From sequence record PZ534534.1: a stretch of 64,000 nt of DNA. One strand, written 5' to 3'. Source of the DNA: a phage. Positions 41,587-51,771 of the stretch are shown here, piece by piece (positions within the stretch are counted from its first letter, which is position 1; every line of letters begins with the position of its first letter). The notes beneath the pieces are model-generated. The model ran no database searches. It was not told the origin of the DNA and worked only from the letters and a program-made list of their open reading frames with translations. A program made the position numbers and the translations under genes.

Positions 41587-42321
41587 ATGAACGAGTTCAG
41601 AGACCACTGTGTAGCCAACCACCTGTGGTCAGAGATACTGGAGTATGACGGTCAAAATCTTTTTTGGAAGATAGACATTCTGGCAGGTAGCGGTGTAGGA
41701 TATGTTAAAACTTCAGCAGGCTCCAGAGCTGACAAGGGGCAAGATGCTGATGGCAGGCCTGTAGTTAGTCTAGGAAAGCATTGCACTAAAGGTGCCCACG
41801 TCATAATCTGGGAAATGTTTAACGGCCCTGTACCGGAAGGGTATGAGGTTGACCACATCAAGGAGATAAGGGAAACAGGTGGTGTGGCTGATAACAGTAT
41901 TCAAAATTTGCAACTACTCGAGCCCACAGATAACAAAAAGAAAAGTTGCAAGATACCTCGTAGCAACAACAAATCTGGCAGGGTCGGGGTGCACTATTCT
42001 GAAGAAAGAGATGCATGGATAGCTCAAGGCACAGACTCTGTAGGGGAAAGGGTCTGGCTAGGCCAGTACAGAACTTTTGAAGAGGCAGAGTGGGCAAGAA
42101 AGTTCTTCGAAGATAATGGTTTTTCGCACAAGAGTGGAAGAGCCGTGCAGTATAATAATACCAGCGGTTGCTCAGGGGTGAATTGGGATAAAACCCATGA
42201 AAGATGGGTAGCCAGAATTTATGTAGATGGTAAAAGGAAATGCCTTGGGTATTTCAAGAATAGGGACGATGCAATAGCTGCAAGAAAGAATGCTGAGAAG
42301 AAACAGGAGGGGACAGTATGA
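41587..42321 (+). CDS. free-standing HNH endonuclease with AP2-like DNA-binding repeats
   Basis: HNH core GAHVIIWEMFNG...EVDHI...NSIQNLQLL; C-terminal GVHYSEERDAW-type repeats. Confidence 0.55.
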   Translation: MNEFRDHCVANHLWSEILEYDGQNLFWKIDILAGSGVGYVKTSAGSRADKGQDADGRPVVSLGKHCTKGAHVIIWEMFNGPVPEGYEVDHIKEIRETGGVADNSIQNLQLLEPTDNKKKSCKIPRSNNKSGRVGVHYSEERDAWIAQGTDSVGERVWLGQYRTFEEAEWARKFFEDNGFSHKSGRAVQYNNTSGCSGVNWDKTHERWVARIYVDGKRKCLGYFKNRDDAIAARKNAEKKQEGTV

Positions 42322-44741
42322 GTAATTGGTGCTTCGATCTGGAGGCCTCTGGGCTTTTGGAAGACCCAGATCTTTATTATCACTGCGGTCTGTTTAAAGA
42401 GCTGAATAAGAACCGTTTTATGCTGTTCCTTCCTCTAAATGACCGCACACACTACTCCGAGGAGGATATAGAAAAGGCCAAGAACTTCATTCTGGCAAAG
42501 AAAACTCTTTATAAAGATTTTGAAGTTCGCATAGCAGATTTTTCGGAGTTGGAAGGTTGGCTTACAGGCAATTCCGACTGGTCACCAACAGCTTTGAACT
42601 GCCATAACTGCTACAGTTATGACTTTATGCTGATGGAAAGATTATCCGGTATTCATTTTGATATGTTCCGTGATCCTAAATGCATGGGGACTATCAACGA
42701 CCACCAGGTTAACCTGTTTGATACGTTGGCGATGAGTCGAATTTTGTGGCCTGATCGCCCTTTACCAAAAGGTTGTCCGGACTCTGTATTCAACCCGGTT
42801 ACTAAGAAAATGCAGCCTGTTGGTCCTCACGGCCTTATGGCATGGGGCTACGCCCTTGGTAACCAGAAAGTTCAAATTGATGACTGGCGCGATCTTCCGT
42901 TGTGGAAGTATGTGGATCGTGTATTCGAGGACGTTATCATCCAGGAGCTGCTCTGGAAAGAGCTGGTAGCGGAATCAAAAGGTGTATTCTACGGCAAATC
43001 TGACATGCAGAACTTTATGTACGATCCTGCCAAAGAGAAGCCGAAAGGGTTCAAGAAGATCACCTGGAAGAACGCATTACGCCGAGGCATGCTGCAGCAC
43101 TTCCTGATGGAGCTGCAGGCCCGTCAGGGTGTGTATTTCGACATAGACGGGGCTATTGCTTTACGTGACCGCTGTGATGCGTGGATGAAAGAGATCGCTG
43201 ATCGTGTTGAACCTCAACTTCCTTTAAAAGAGTTATCAATATCTCAGCGGCCTAAATTCCCTGAAAAGCCGTTCAACCAAGATGGGACAATTTCCAATAA
43301 TGGCTGGAAATGGTTAAAAGATAAGCTTGGCTACCCTGTAGACATGAGCGCTTTAGAGTTCAAAGCCCCACCTAAGCGAGCATTTACCTCTACAGGAGAT
43401 GTCAGTAAGATAGGGATAAAATGGTGTGAAGAGATGGGCTGCAAAGACCCCGATAAGATGGCTGATTTCTTGAGAGGCTATATTAAGGGCACCTCCACAC
43501 CACAACCTTTACCTAAAGAGCTAATGGATCAGGCAATAAGTGATCTACAGCAGAAGCGAATGCCGGACTGCAAGATACCTATGAAAATCAGCAACCAGGA
43601 CGACATTAAGCGATACCTGATCAGTGCTGGTTGGCTTCCGACAATGTGGAGAACTAAGGATGTAACTAAAGACAGCAAGAAGAAAGCTCTACCTGATGCA
43701 GATGTTGATGCACGAGTATATGCATATATGGACGAGCTTTTAGAGTCAGAGTATTGTGACCTGATTATCAACTTCTGGAACAAAACTGATGCTAAGTTCC
43801 AGACAACCGTGCACAAGTTCCGAAGCTTTCCTAACTCCGAAAGGATTAAAAAGGAAGTATTCGGGAAAATACGTAGAAAAGCTAGGGCACTTATTACTTC
43901 TCCGCAACTGAAAGATACGTTTGGACACCTATGCCCGAATCTTGAAAAATTGAACGGAGAGATGGCTAAAGATATCGTCTTGTGGTTATCATTGCGAAAC
44001 CGCAGATCGGTCCTTGATCCAATCAAGGAGGATAAGGTTGATACTGGTCTTCTTAATCACCCACGTTTGAAGATTGACCATAAGCTTCCTGCTAAAAGTT
44101 CTGGGTTAACAAACACTTCACGACAGAAACACAGTATTTGTGCAAACATGCCTAAACCATCTCCTAAAGTGGTTATGGGTAAAGAGATGCGTAGTCTGTG
44201 GGGTGTTCCTCCTGGATACTTTCAGATCGGTATTGACGGGTCCAACTTAGAGCAGCTTATCGGGGCTTGGGGTGCCTTTGAGTTCGACAACGGCTTGTAT
44301 TATGATGTTGTAAGTAACGGGGACGCACACCAAAACAATGCTGAGGCATATACAAAAGTAGCAGGCAGAGAGGTGTCTCGTAACGACGGTAAACCTATCA
44401 CGTATGGGGTTATGTACGGGGCACAAAAAGATAAAGTTGCAGATATGCTGGACATCTCTCCAGAGTTGGGACAAAGGGTAATCGATGCACTTTGGGATGC
44501 CAACCCTGGTCTTAAGGGGCGTAAAGAGGATCTGGAGAAATTCTGGGAAGCAACGGGTAAGAAGTTTATCTACTCTTTTGATGGTCATGCTATCTGGACC
44601 CGATCTAAACACTCTTTACTTAATGCATACCAACAGAATGGTGGTGCATCGCTGTGTGACTTAGTTGGGATACTCATGCACCACCAAATGGTGAAGCGTG
44701 GGTGGTACGATGAAGGTGTCCGTCGTATTATCTATTACCAT
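42318..44741 (+). CDS. DNA polymerase, family A, exon 1
   Basis: Exo I motif FDLEASG; motif A IDGSNLEQ; motif B RNDGKPITYGVMYG; frame ends ..IIYYH then in-frame stop inside intron. Confidence 0.65.
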
Positions 44742-45584
44742 AAATAACATTGTGGCTTCATAGAGTGATCTATGTCGAATAACCTCTTTAATTGACGGGA
44801 AAGCTAAGTTGACTTTTACACCTGAGTATGGTAAAAGCTCAATATGCTAATCCGCAGCGAAGACTAAAGGGGTGTAGTTAAAATGGCTAGAACAGCTGAT
44901 TATCACGGGTATACCGTGTTTGATGATGGAACAATACCTTTATCGAAACGTGATCATACAACAATGTTTTGTTTTGATAATGGTAGAGGTTACCTTTGCG
45001 TAACCATGCTAATCGAGGGGAAGCAGTGCACAAAAGGTGTCCACCACCTGGTTGCTGAATGCTTTGTATCAAACCCGGATCCTGAAAGGCTCACATGGGT
45101 GAACCATAAGGATGGGAATAAGTACAACAATGCATACTGGAACCTGGAATGGACCACCCCTGGTGGAAATATCAAGCACGCCTATGATAATGACCTCAGA
45201 GTAAGGCCAGTTGGTGAGTATAATGCCAACGCTGTGCTGACAGAAGATGAGGTAATAGAGATTTGCGAACTGTTGCAGAGTGGTCTACGACAATGCGAGA
45301 TTAGGGATCTTGGATATCCTTATGAGACCGTCAGGGCTATAAAGCAAAGAAGACAGTGGAAACATATCTCTAAAAACTACACCTGGTAGTAACGTTCAGA
45401 GACTATCGAAAGCATAGCTCCAACACAGGTTGGTGTGAAGAAGCGAGTAGAGTAGGCCAGCAAGTGCGGTCGAAATGGGAGGTGCCTTGTTACCAAGGCA
45501 GTGAGGTAGTCCGATCCATACAGGAAACTGTATGGCTATGCACGTAATGGTGCGGGGTAGCTTAACGACCTACCTGAACAGATG
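44742..45584 (+). mobile_element. group I self-splicing intron in DNA polymerase gene
   Basis: Exon ends in U; GTGG guide-like sequence at 44752; GTTCAGAGACTA at 45394 and TAGTCC at 45507 (P7-like); ends in G; splicing restores YHDE. Confidence 0.65.
44883..45389 (+). CDS. intron-encoded HNH homing endonuclease
   Basis: GVHHLVAECF...WVNHKDGNKYNNAYWNLEW pattern typical of phage HNH homing endonucleases. Confidence 0.7.
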   Translation: MARTADYHGYTVFDDGTIPLSKRDHTTMFCFDNGRGYLCVTMLIEGKQCTKGVHHLVAECFVSNPDPERLTWVNHKDGNKYNNAYWNLEWTTPGGNIKHAYDNDLRVRPVGEYNANAVLTEDEVIEICELLQSGLRQCEIRDLGYPYETVRAIKQRRQWKHISKNYTW

Positions 45585-45938
45585 GATGAGTACCAACTTC
45601 AGGTCCCTGACACGCCTAAGTATAAGACTGTGTACACCTTCGACACAATTGAAGAATTGGAAGCATTTAAGGCAGAGCAGGAAGCCAAACTTCATGTGTT
45701 CGACGGTCATAAGTACAAAAAGGCACGCAAGGATGAGGACGGAAACGAAGTGGTTGACAGAGACGGAAACACGGTGTACGATCCTATCCTGAACGATGAC
45801 GGAAAGCTTGAACTTATCTGGAGCCCTGTGGGTGAAATGGTGGTGCATTGCTTCTGGCAAGCTTCTAAAATGATGGGAGTCCCGTTCCAGATCACAGGTG
45901 AATACTTGTGTGGTCGTAATTGGGGTGATTGTCACTAA
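45585..45938 (+). CDS. DNA polymerase, family A, exon 2
   Basis: Begins DEYQLQV, completing motif C HDE; C-terminus GRNWGDCH matches terminal His signature of T7-type polymerases. Confidence 0.6.
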   Translation, partial: DEYQLQVPDTPKYKTVYTFDTIEELEAFKAEQEAKLHVFDGHKYKKARKDEDGNEVVDRDGNTVYDPILNDDGKLELIWSPVGEMVVHCFWQASKMMGVPFQITGEYLCGRNWGDCH

Positions 45939-45987
45939 TGTAAACTATCAACACATGGAAGTGTTGTTGAGCAAAGAGGAGACTTTT

Positions 45988-46272
45988 ATGGTAGTAGAAC
46001 CAACAAAAACATTTACATCCATGACTATTCCTGTTATTATGCAGGTGGAGTGTGTTCAGGTATCTCAAGTGTGGCCTGGCACCAAAATCCCAACAGGGCC
46101 TGATTTCTTTCAGGTTGGGAAAGTGTACAATGTCTGGAAGGCACCAGATTGTTACCCTTTCATTAAAGATGACCGTGGAATGTTGTGGTATCTTGGAAAT
46201 GATTTGACACTGCACCTTGGGAATGCTATTATTGCAGTATTCAGACTTAACAAGAAGGAGACCGATCAATGA
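45988..46272 (+). CDS. small protein, paralog family member
   Basis: ATG 45988 after AGAGGAG; KVYNVW...DDRGMLWY pattern shared with neighbouring small ORFs. Confidence 0.4.
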   Translation: MVVEPTKTFTSMTIPVIMQVECVQVSQVWPGTKIPTGPDFFQVGKVYNVWKAPDCYPFIKDDRGMLWYLGNDLTLHLGNAIIAVFRLNKKETDQ

Positions 46273-46496
46273 CAACTTTGGTTAAAGCTACTTTTGTAGA
46301 AGAAAAGATGACAGACCTGTCCTTCTTTAAAGAAGGAAAGACCTACGAGGTTTATTACGATAAAGATCGTGCAAACAAGATGATTAAAGACGAGGAAGGG
46401 ATTGCCTGGTTTATCTCCCATCTGGCAAACGGTGAGTATCATATCTACGGAACCACCCTGCTTGCCAAGTTTGTAGCTGTTGAAGAGGACCTATGA
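46269..46496 (+). CDS. small protein, paralog family member
   Basis: 75 aa; KTYEVYYD...DEEGIAWF pattern. Confidence 0.4.
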   Translation: MTTLVKATFVEEKMTDLSFFKEGKTYEVYYDKDRANKMIKDEEGIAWFISHLANGEYHIYGTTLLAKFVAVEEDL

Positions 46497-46687
46497 AAGT
46501 AAAGTATCTGGCTGAGGGTATGAGTAGGTATTTCACCCTTGGTGAAGAATATTGGCCCTTTACAAGCAACGGCGATGTCTACGTGAAAGATAATTTCGGC
46601 ACTCCGTGGTTTCTGCACTCTAATGGGCTGGGATACTCCATTTACTGTGGTGCAGTGAACAACACAACCCTTGCAGAGTTCGTTTAG
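46493..46687 (+). CDS. small protein, paralog family member
   Basis: 64 aa; DVYVKDNFGTPWF pattern. Confidence 0.4.
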   Translation: MKVKYLAEGMSRYFTLGEEYWPFTSNGDVYVKDNFGTPWFLHSNGLGYSIYCGAVNNTTLAEFV

Positions 46688-46697
46688 AGGAGGTAGA

Positions 46698-47069
46698 ATG
46701 TTAGTAAAAGGTACCCACACAGTCAAACAACGTATCGAAGTTGAGATCGATGACTGTGAGCTGAAGCATATTTTACGATCATGCTCCAACGTTTTGCTCC
46801 TCAGTATTCTCCAGGAGCGAGTGGAGAACGAGTTCTTAAATGCACTGGCAGGCCGCCCTGGTGACTTCTGTGTGCGTAAGCGTGGTGACAACAAGTCATG
46901 GCTGTGGGAGATAGACGCAGAATGGGATTACCACAAAAATGAGGGTATAGATGAGCCTATTCGTGAATTGACAGACAAAGAGGTTCAGACGTACAATGAA
47001 GTTTGTCATTGGGCAACACGCCAACAAATTTACCTCGACCCTGTGTGGCTGATTGAAAATAGTCATTGA
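46698..47069 (+). CDS. hypothetical protein
   Basis: ATG 46698 after AGAGGAGG RBS; 123 aa. Confidence 0.4.
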   Translation: MLVKGTHTVKQRIEVEIDDCELKHILRSCSNVLLLSILQERVENEFLNALAGRPGDFCVRKRGDNKSWLWEIDAEWDYHKNEGIDEPIRELTDKEVQTYNEVCHWATRQQIYLDPVWLIENSH

Positions 47070-47145
47070 CAAGAAGTAAGATTAGATATAAGATGCTTCA
47101 CACAAACAGAGAGTTGATTTTTAAATAATTGAGGAGACTGCTAAA

Positions 47146-47400
47146 ATGAAAATCATGTTGAAACCAGCATGCGTTGCAAATGACCGAGCTTTTAAAGATT
47201 GCACGCTTGGTGCTATTTATGAAGCAGAGTTTTGTGAGAACCCTTTAGTAAAAGCCCTTTTGGAAGAAGGGGCTCCTTTATCACAAGAAGAGATTGATGA
47301 GCTGGAAAACTCAGCCCAGTGCCTTACCTTTAAAGATGATGAAGGAGATTCTGTCTGGTGCACCGTTAACGAAGTGGTTTTTGTAAAACCTGAACATTAA
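47146..47400 (+). CDS. small protein, paralog family member
   Basis: 84 aa; AFKDCTLGAIY...DDEGDSVWCT; GAGGAG RBS. Confidence 0.45.
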   Translation: MKIMLKPACVANDRAFKDCTLGAIYEAEFCENPLVKALLEEGAPLSQEEIDELENSAQCLTFKDDEGDSVWCTVNEVVFVKPEH

Positions 47401-47403
47401 TAC

Positions 47404-47432
47404 TTGACAAGAAAGATGGGGCCAGATATAAT
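47404..47432 (+). promoter_or_regulatory. sigma70 consensus promoter with palindrome around -10
   Basis: TTGACA-N17-TATAAT; GGGGCC (47418-47423) and GGCCCC (47433-47438) flank the -10. Confidence 0.55.
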
Positions 47433-47463
47433 GGCCCCATCTAAGAAAAAGGAGACCATAGCA

Positions 47464-47724
47464 ATGACCAAACAATATCAACGAATTAAAGCCAAGGTTA
47501 AGCCAGACTATCTGGAGAAGGACTCCGCTTTTCGGGACTGCACAGCTGACAAAGTTTACACAGGGGCCGTCCTGTTGAACGATAAACTTGAAGTAGATGT
47601 GCTGGGTAAAGAGGCCGTTATCGAGGATGACAACGGTGACTGTGTTTTCTGCACCACACGGGAGCTAGAAGTCTTAGAATACTTCGGTGAAATCTTCAAC
47701 TCCTTAGACGACGAGGAAGCGTGA
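47464..47724 (+). CDS. small protein, paralog family member
   Basis: ATG 47464 after AAGGAGA; AFRDCTADKVY...DDNGDCVFCT mirrors the 47146 protein. Confidence 0.45.
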   Translation: MTKQYQRIKAKVKPDYLEKDSAFRDCTADKVYTGAVLLNDKLEVDVLGKEAVIEDDNGDCVFCTTRELEVLEYFGEIFNSLDDEEA

Positions 47725-48113
47725 TGAAAAATATTTGGGATATTGATATCTTTGAAGCCTCTAAGCTTGACGGTGCTGATGGAGTTATTATGGTGTCTGA
47801 TGGCAAGGCAACACTAACTTCCGGAGATATCATCTATGACTTGGACGAGCTGGCGCTTCTGAAATCTACCGGTAACACTTTAGAGGAGCGTCTTCAAGGC
47901 TTCGCCTTCAAAGAAGGCACAAATACCGCCATGATGTGCACCACACGGACAGTTCAGGTTGGTAACGGTGTCTATATGATCATTGCTGTGTGTCCTAAAT
48001 TCAGCAACGTCAATAAAGATGATGCTGACGCTGTCAACGATGTGGTTGTTCTCTTCGTGGGTGACGCTATGGCAGATCTGATGAATGCAGGAGAAGCAGC
48101 AAATGAAGACTGA
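47721..48113 (+). CDS. hypothetical protein
   Basis: 130 aa ORF, ATGA overlap upstream. Confidence 0.4.
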   Translation: MMKNIWDIDIFEASKLDGADGVIMVSDGKATLTSGDIIYDLDELALLKSTGNTLEERLQGFAFKEGTNTAMMCTTRTVQVGNGVYMIIAVCPKFSNVNKDDADAVNDVVVLFVGDAMADLMNAGEAANED

Positions 48114-48405
48114 AAACATCACCCCAGCAGGGTTTTTAAAAGTATACCGTGAACTGCTATATACTACAGAGGACAGTGTTCTAGAGTATCCAGAATATCT
48201 TTTGCTGTATAAGTATCTGCAGGAGGCTGGTGAAAATCTGCCAGTTAGTGCAGAAGGTGGTCCAAACTGGATATACAGCGCATGGAGAAAGGTTGACATT
48301 CTCCCAGACCCAGGTAAAGATATGGTAGTTTGGCAGCTTATCAACAACATCGGGATTCCAATCTTTGATGAAGCTGTTAAAATCTATTTTGAACTTGACG
48401 ATTAA
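48103..48405 (+). CDS. hypothetical protein
   Basis: ATG 48103 after GCAGGAG; 100 aa. Confidence 0.35.
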   Translation: MKTENITPAGFLKVYRELLYTTEDSVLEYPEYLLLYKYLQEAGENLPVSAEGGPNWIYSAWRKVDILPDPGKDMVVWQLINNIGIPIFDEAVKIYFELDD

Positions 48406-48422
48406 TATCAGGAGACCTTAAG

Positions 48423-48668
48423 ATGGCTGAAGCAGTTGCTCGCGCAGGACAGAAAGTACGTTGTGTGGAAGTAGGTTTTGGTGGCAAAGGGTGTCAAAAC
48501 TTGACTCAAGGTAAGGAATACGCTGTTATTTCTGGTGGTGGCGACGAGAGTATTGTGTTCGAGGACCACATCCTGGATGCTGAAAACTTTGAAATCTTTG
48601 ACGACGATGGGGATCCGATCACCTGCCTGCTAGACGGGAATTGGGGAACTTTTGAAGTGATTGGCTAA
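48423..48668 (+). CDS. small protein, paralog family member
   Basis: 81 aa; KEYAVISGG...DDDGDPITC pattern; AGGAGA RBS. Confidence 0.4.
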   Translation: MAEAVARAGQKVRCVEVGFGGKGCQNLTQGKEYAVISGGGDESIVFEDHILDAENFEIFDDDGDPITCLLDGNWGTFEVIG

Positions 48669-48678
48669 CAAATACCTA

Positions 48679-48707
48679 TTGTAATTTGCAGAAGGGGATG
48701 CTAAAAT
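48679..48707 (+). promoter_or_regulatory. sigma70-like promoter
   Basis: TTGTAA-N17-TAAAAT upstream of 48752 gene. Confidence 0.4.
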
Positions 48708-48751
48708 AGTGTCTCCTTCTATGTTGTTCAAATAAAATCGGAGATTCCATA

Positions 48752-49117
48752 ATGGAACAAATGAACGATCAAACGTCGGTTGCAATGAACGAGCAAGAAC
48801 AACCTCAAGAATTTTTCTTAGGGTTAAGTAAAGATCAAGTGTCTCTTTTGCTAGTGCTTTCTTCTTTCATGGGAAGACTTCAGGAGCTCACACAACAACC
48901 GGAGGCTGAACAATTATTTCAGGCTCTGCGTGAAGAAGAAAAATATCGTCGTTTGGACTATGCCTTAGGTTGGGTAGCTCAACAACGAGATATGCTAATG
49001 GCCCTCTCTGGGACTACAAGTTTTGCAATGGGGCTGTTGGCTCAAGTTCAGGACAAATTAATTCAAGCAGGGTTTGCACATACGGCAAACACTAACGAAG
49101 AACAAGGAGACAAATAA
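48752..49117 (+). CDS. hypothetical protein
   Basis: 121 aa ORF with GGAGA RBS. Confidence 0.4.
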   Translation: MEQMNDQTSVAMNEQEQPQEFFLGLSKDQVSLLLVLSSFMGRLQELTQQPEAEQLFQALREEEKYRRLDYALGWVAQQRDMLMALSGTTSFAMGLLAQVQDKLIQAGFAHTANTNEEQGDK

Positions 49118-50343
49118 TGAGCGTTATTCAACAATTCGCTAACCCGATGAATCCGCGTGAAACTGTTTTACTGGCTCACGGCATGATTAAACGTGTCAGC
49201 ATCAAGCCTATCAAAGGTGCTGATCCTACAACAGGTATTAAAACCACTGTGTGGCAAGGTAAGAAAATTGAATCCAGCCACACCATCTCTTTACTGATTT
49301 CTGAACTGGATTCCTCTGATAACCTGCTTCAAGGTGGTGAAGAAGTTTGGATCAGCATGGGTGATAAGCTGCTTAAACCTGGTCATCAAGACTCTGTCTC
49401 TGTTAAAATTGATGACAAGTGGGAAACCGTAACGCCGGGATGGATCGTAAATATCCCTTTGAAGGCAAACGAGCATAACGGTAAGACCTATTACAAAGGC
49501 TCACTGGCTAAGATGGTCAAGCTGGGTGCAGGAGAGGCTCCAGCAGCGACTCAGCAGCAAAAACAGCAACAAGGTGCACAATCACAAGGCCAGAAGCAGA
49601 AACCTCAGCAGAATGCCAATCAGGACGTTTTACGCATCTATGGCGATGTGACTCAGATTGTTGGCAACGTGGTTACTGTTAATGACCACAAGATTGGCGA
49701 AGGTGCTATGGTTGTAACTGATGAGCAGCTTAAAGACCTGGTGGTAGGTGGTCGTGTTGCAGCCATTGTTGACAAAGACACCGGAAACATTATCAGTGGT
49801 TTCAAAGCCTATCCCCCTAAGGCAGAGAACGGCACTCAAGGCTCTGGTGGCAAGCGTAAATCCTCTTACGACCCTATTGGTGTGGAGACGGGACATAGCA
49901 TCAACGCGTTGCAAATCATCCTGGATCGCGGGTTTAAGGTAGACGACCCACTAGGTGTGGCTAAAACACTGCACGTAGTCACCATTGAGCTTAAGAAAGA
50001 GTATGCTCAAGCCACCAACCGAACCGAAGATGAAGTAGGTGCCAGTGTCGGTAATGCGGTGTTGAACGCTTGTCGCCGTATTGACAAGAAAACGAAAGTT
50101 GAGGATTTTGCAGCGGCAATTACTGCAGAAGCAAAAGATGTCTTGACTAATCTGGCTGAGCCGTTGTACGATTGGATCAAGAACGGTGCTGGGTCCACTG
50201 ACCATCAAGAACCTCAAGCTGCCAAGCAGGAAGCTGCTCCACAGCAAAACACTATAGACGCTCCTCCTGTAAATGATGAGGAAGATGACCCGATGGATCA
50301 GAATCCGGCGCAGTATGAGTTCGATGACTCGATCCCTTTCTAA
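49117..50343 (+). CDS. single-stranded DNA-binding protein-like
   Basis: Gln/Gly-rich linker and acidic C-terminal tail ending DDSIPF (compare E. coli SSB DDDIPF); 408 aa. Confidence 0.5.
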   Translation: MSVIQQFANPMNPRETVLLAHGMIKRVSIKPIKGADPTTGIKTTVWQGKKIESSHTISLLISELDSSDNLLQGGEEVWISMGDKLLKPGHQDSVSVKIDDKWETVTPGWIVNIPLKANEHNGKTYYKGSLAKMVKLGAGEAPAATQQQKQQQGAQSQGQKQKPQQNANQDVLRIYGDVTQIVGNVVTVNDHKIGEGAMVVTDEQLKDLVVGGRVAAIVDKDTGNIISGFKAYPPKAENGTQGSGGKRKSSYDPIGVETGHSINALQIILDRGFKVDDPLGVAKTLHVVTIELKKEYAQATNRTEDEVGASVGNAVLNACRRIDKKTKVEDFAAAITAEAKDVLTNLAEPLYDWIKNGAGSTDHQEPQAAKQEAAPQQNTIDAPPVNDEEDDPMDQNPAQYEFDDSIPF

Positions 50344-50351
50344 GGTCAGTT

Positions 50352-50930
50352 ATGAAATGCAAACGTTGTGGGGAGGACAAGGAGGCCTCCGACTTCTATA
50401 CCAGCAACAAATCAACGTGCAAAGAGTGCTGTAAGAAGGCCAGCAGGGAGGCTGACCAATTTGCTAAAGACTCTTCAGAAAAAGGTGTAATACGTGTGTT
50501 GTACAAGACTCAAAAGTGCAACAGCAAGCAAAGAGGTCACCCTCCTCCGACTTACACCAAAAAAGAGTTTAAGGAGTGGCTATACCTGAACGGTTACAAA
50601 GAGTTGTATGATCAGTGGGTAGCCAGCGGATACGACAAAAGGAAAAAGCCTTCTTGTGACAGGATAGATGATTTCAAAGGGTACTCTTTTGATAATATCC
50701 GTTTAACGACCTGGGGAGAAAATAAAGACAAGCAGACAGAGGATATTTTGTTACATAGAAGCACCAGCGGTAGACGGTGCAAAAATGTAAGGAGGTTGGA
50801 CATGAATGGCAACGTTCTTAAAGAGTGGGTATCCCACAACTCTTGCAGCAGAGAAACCGGAATATATGTTGGTTACTACATTCATGAAAAAATTCCAGCT
50901 CCCGATGGATACCTCTATGAATACTTCTAA
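50352..50930 (+). CDS. Cys-rich putative nuclease (HNH-like?)
   Basis: N-terminal CxxC...CxxCC cluster; SFDNIRLTTWGEN segment loosely HNH-like; 192 aa. Confidence 0.3.
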   Translation: MKCKRCGEDKEASDFYTSNKSTCKECCKKASREADQFAKDSSEKGVIRVLYKTQKCNSKQRGHPPPTYTKKEFKEWLYLNGYKELYDQWVASGYDKRKKPSCDRIDDFKGYSFDNIRLTTWGENKDKQTEDILLHRSTSGRRCKNVRRLDMNGNVLKEWVSHNSCSRETGIYVGYYIHEKIPAPDGYLYEYF

Positions 50931-50945
50931 CATCTAGTTAACATA

Positions 50946-50973
50946 GCCCTGCCCGAAATGGTGGGGCATTTTT
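50946..50973 (+). terminator. rho-independent terminator
   Basis: Near-copy of 38651 terminator: CCCTGCCCGAAATGGTGGGG followed by CATTTTT. Confidence 0.5.
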
Positions 50974-50992
50974 GTATAAGGAGATCTGAAAA

Positions 50993-51409
50993 ATGACATT
51001 AGAAGATATCATTGTTAAACCTGAGAACTATGACCAATACAACCTGTCAACTCAATCTGTAGACCTTGGATGCGCCACAGTCAGTGCATGGCTGGTTAAC
51101 GGAAAAGAGCTGGATAAATGCTTAGAAGCTCACATGTCTATTAACAAGTTTCTGGATGAAAATACTCACTGGCTTGAAGGTGCAGGCGTATATGCTTCAT
51201 GGTTGGAGAGTATGGGATTCGACTACCAATCTGAAGAGGGGTGGTGGAGCTATTTAGCTATCTGCCCAGAGACGCTGCAATGCTTCATGAAATATTCTGA
51301 AGATTTGGAGTACCGGGCGGTGGTTGATAGTGCTATTGCCCGTTATAGCCGTAAACCTTTTTCCCACGACATTAAAACTGTGGAAGAATTTGTTGAAGTT
51401 TTCTGTTGA
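50993..51409 (+). CDS. hypothetical protein
   Basis: 138 aa ORF with AGGAGA RBS. Confidence 0.4.
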   Translation: MTLEDIIVKPENYDQYNLSTQSVDLGCATVSAWLVNGKELDKCLEAHMSINKFLDENTHWLEGAGVYASWLESMGFDYQSEEGWWSYLAICPETLQCFMKYSEDLEYRAVVDSAIARYSRKPFSHDIKTVEEFVEVFC

Positions 51410-51505
51410 CACAAGTTGAAAGGTGTGTAATTATAACTTCATAGAACGGGAGGACGTGATGAACGAAGAAAACTGGGATGTATAACTAACAGGAGGCCAC
51501 TGCCC

Positions 51506-51703
51506 ATGATTTATCGAATCCGTGTAAGAGAAGATGCACCAGGCTGTTACTTTGACTGGCGTGGGTGGTGGTTTCTCCACCCGATGGATGGACTCACAGA
51601 TAGAATGCTGGATGCTGCCCTTTATACAGATACCGACATAGAATATAATCTCTATCTGAAGGACGGTATAGATAACGGTCTATTTGAAGCAATTCCTGTG
51701 TAA
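51506..51703 (+). CDS. hypothetical protein
   Basis: 65 aa ORF with AGGAGG RBS. Confidence 0.4.
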   Translation: MIYRIRVREDAPGCYFDWRGWWFLHPMDGLTDRMLDAALYTDTDIEYNLYLKDGIDNGLFEAIPV

Positions 51704-51771
51704 GAGACTGTGATAGCCATGTTTTATGATCTTCCTGTAGCACCACCACCTGTTGAACCCGGAGAACTAAG

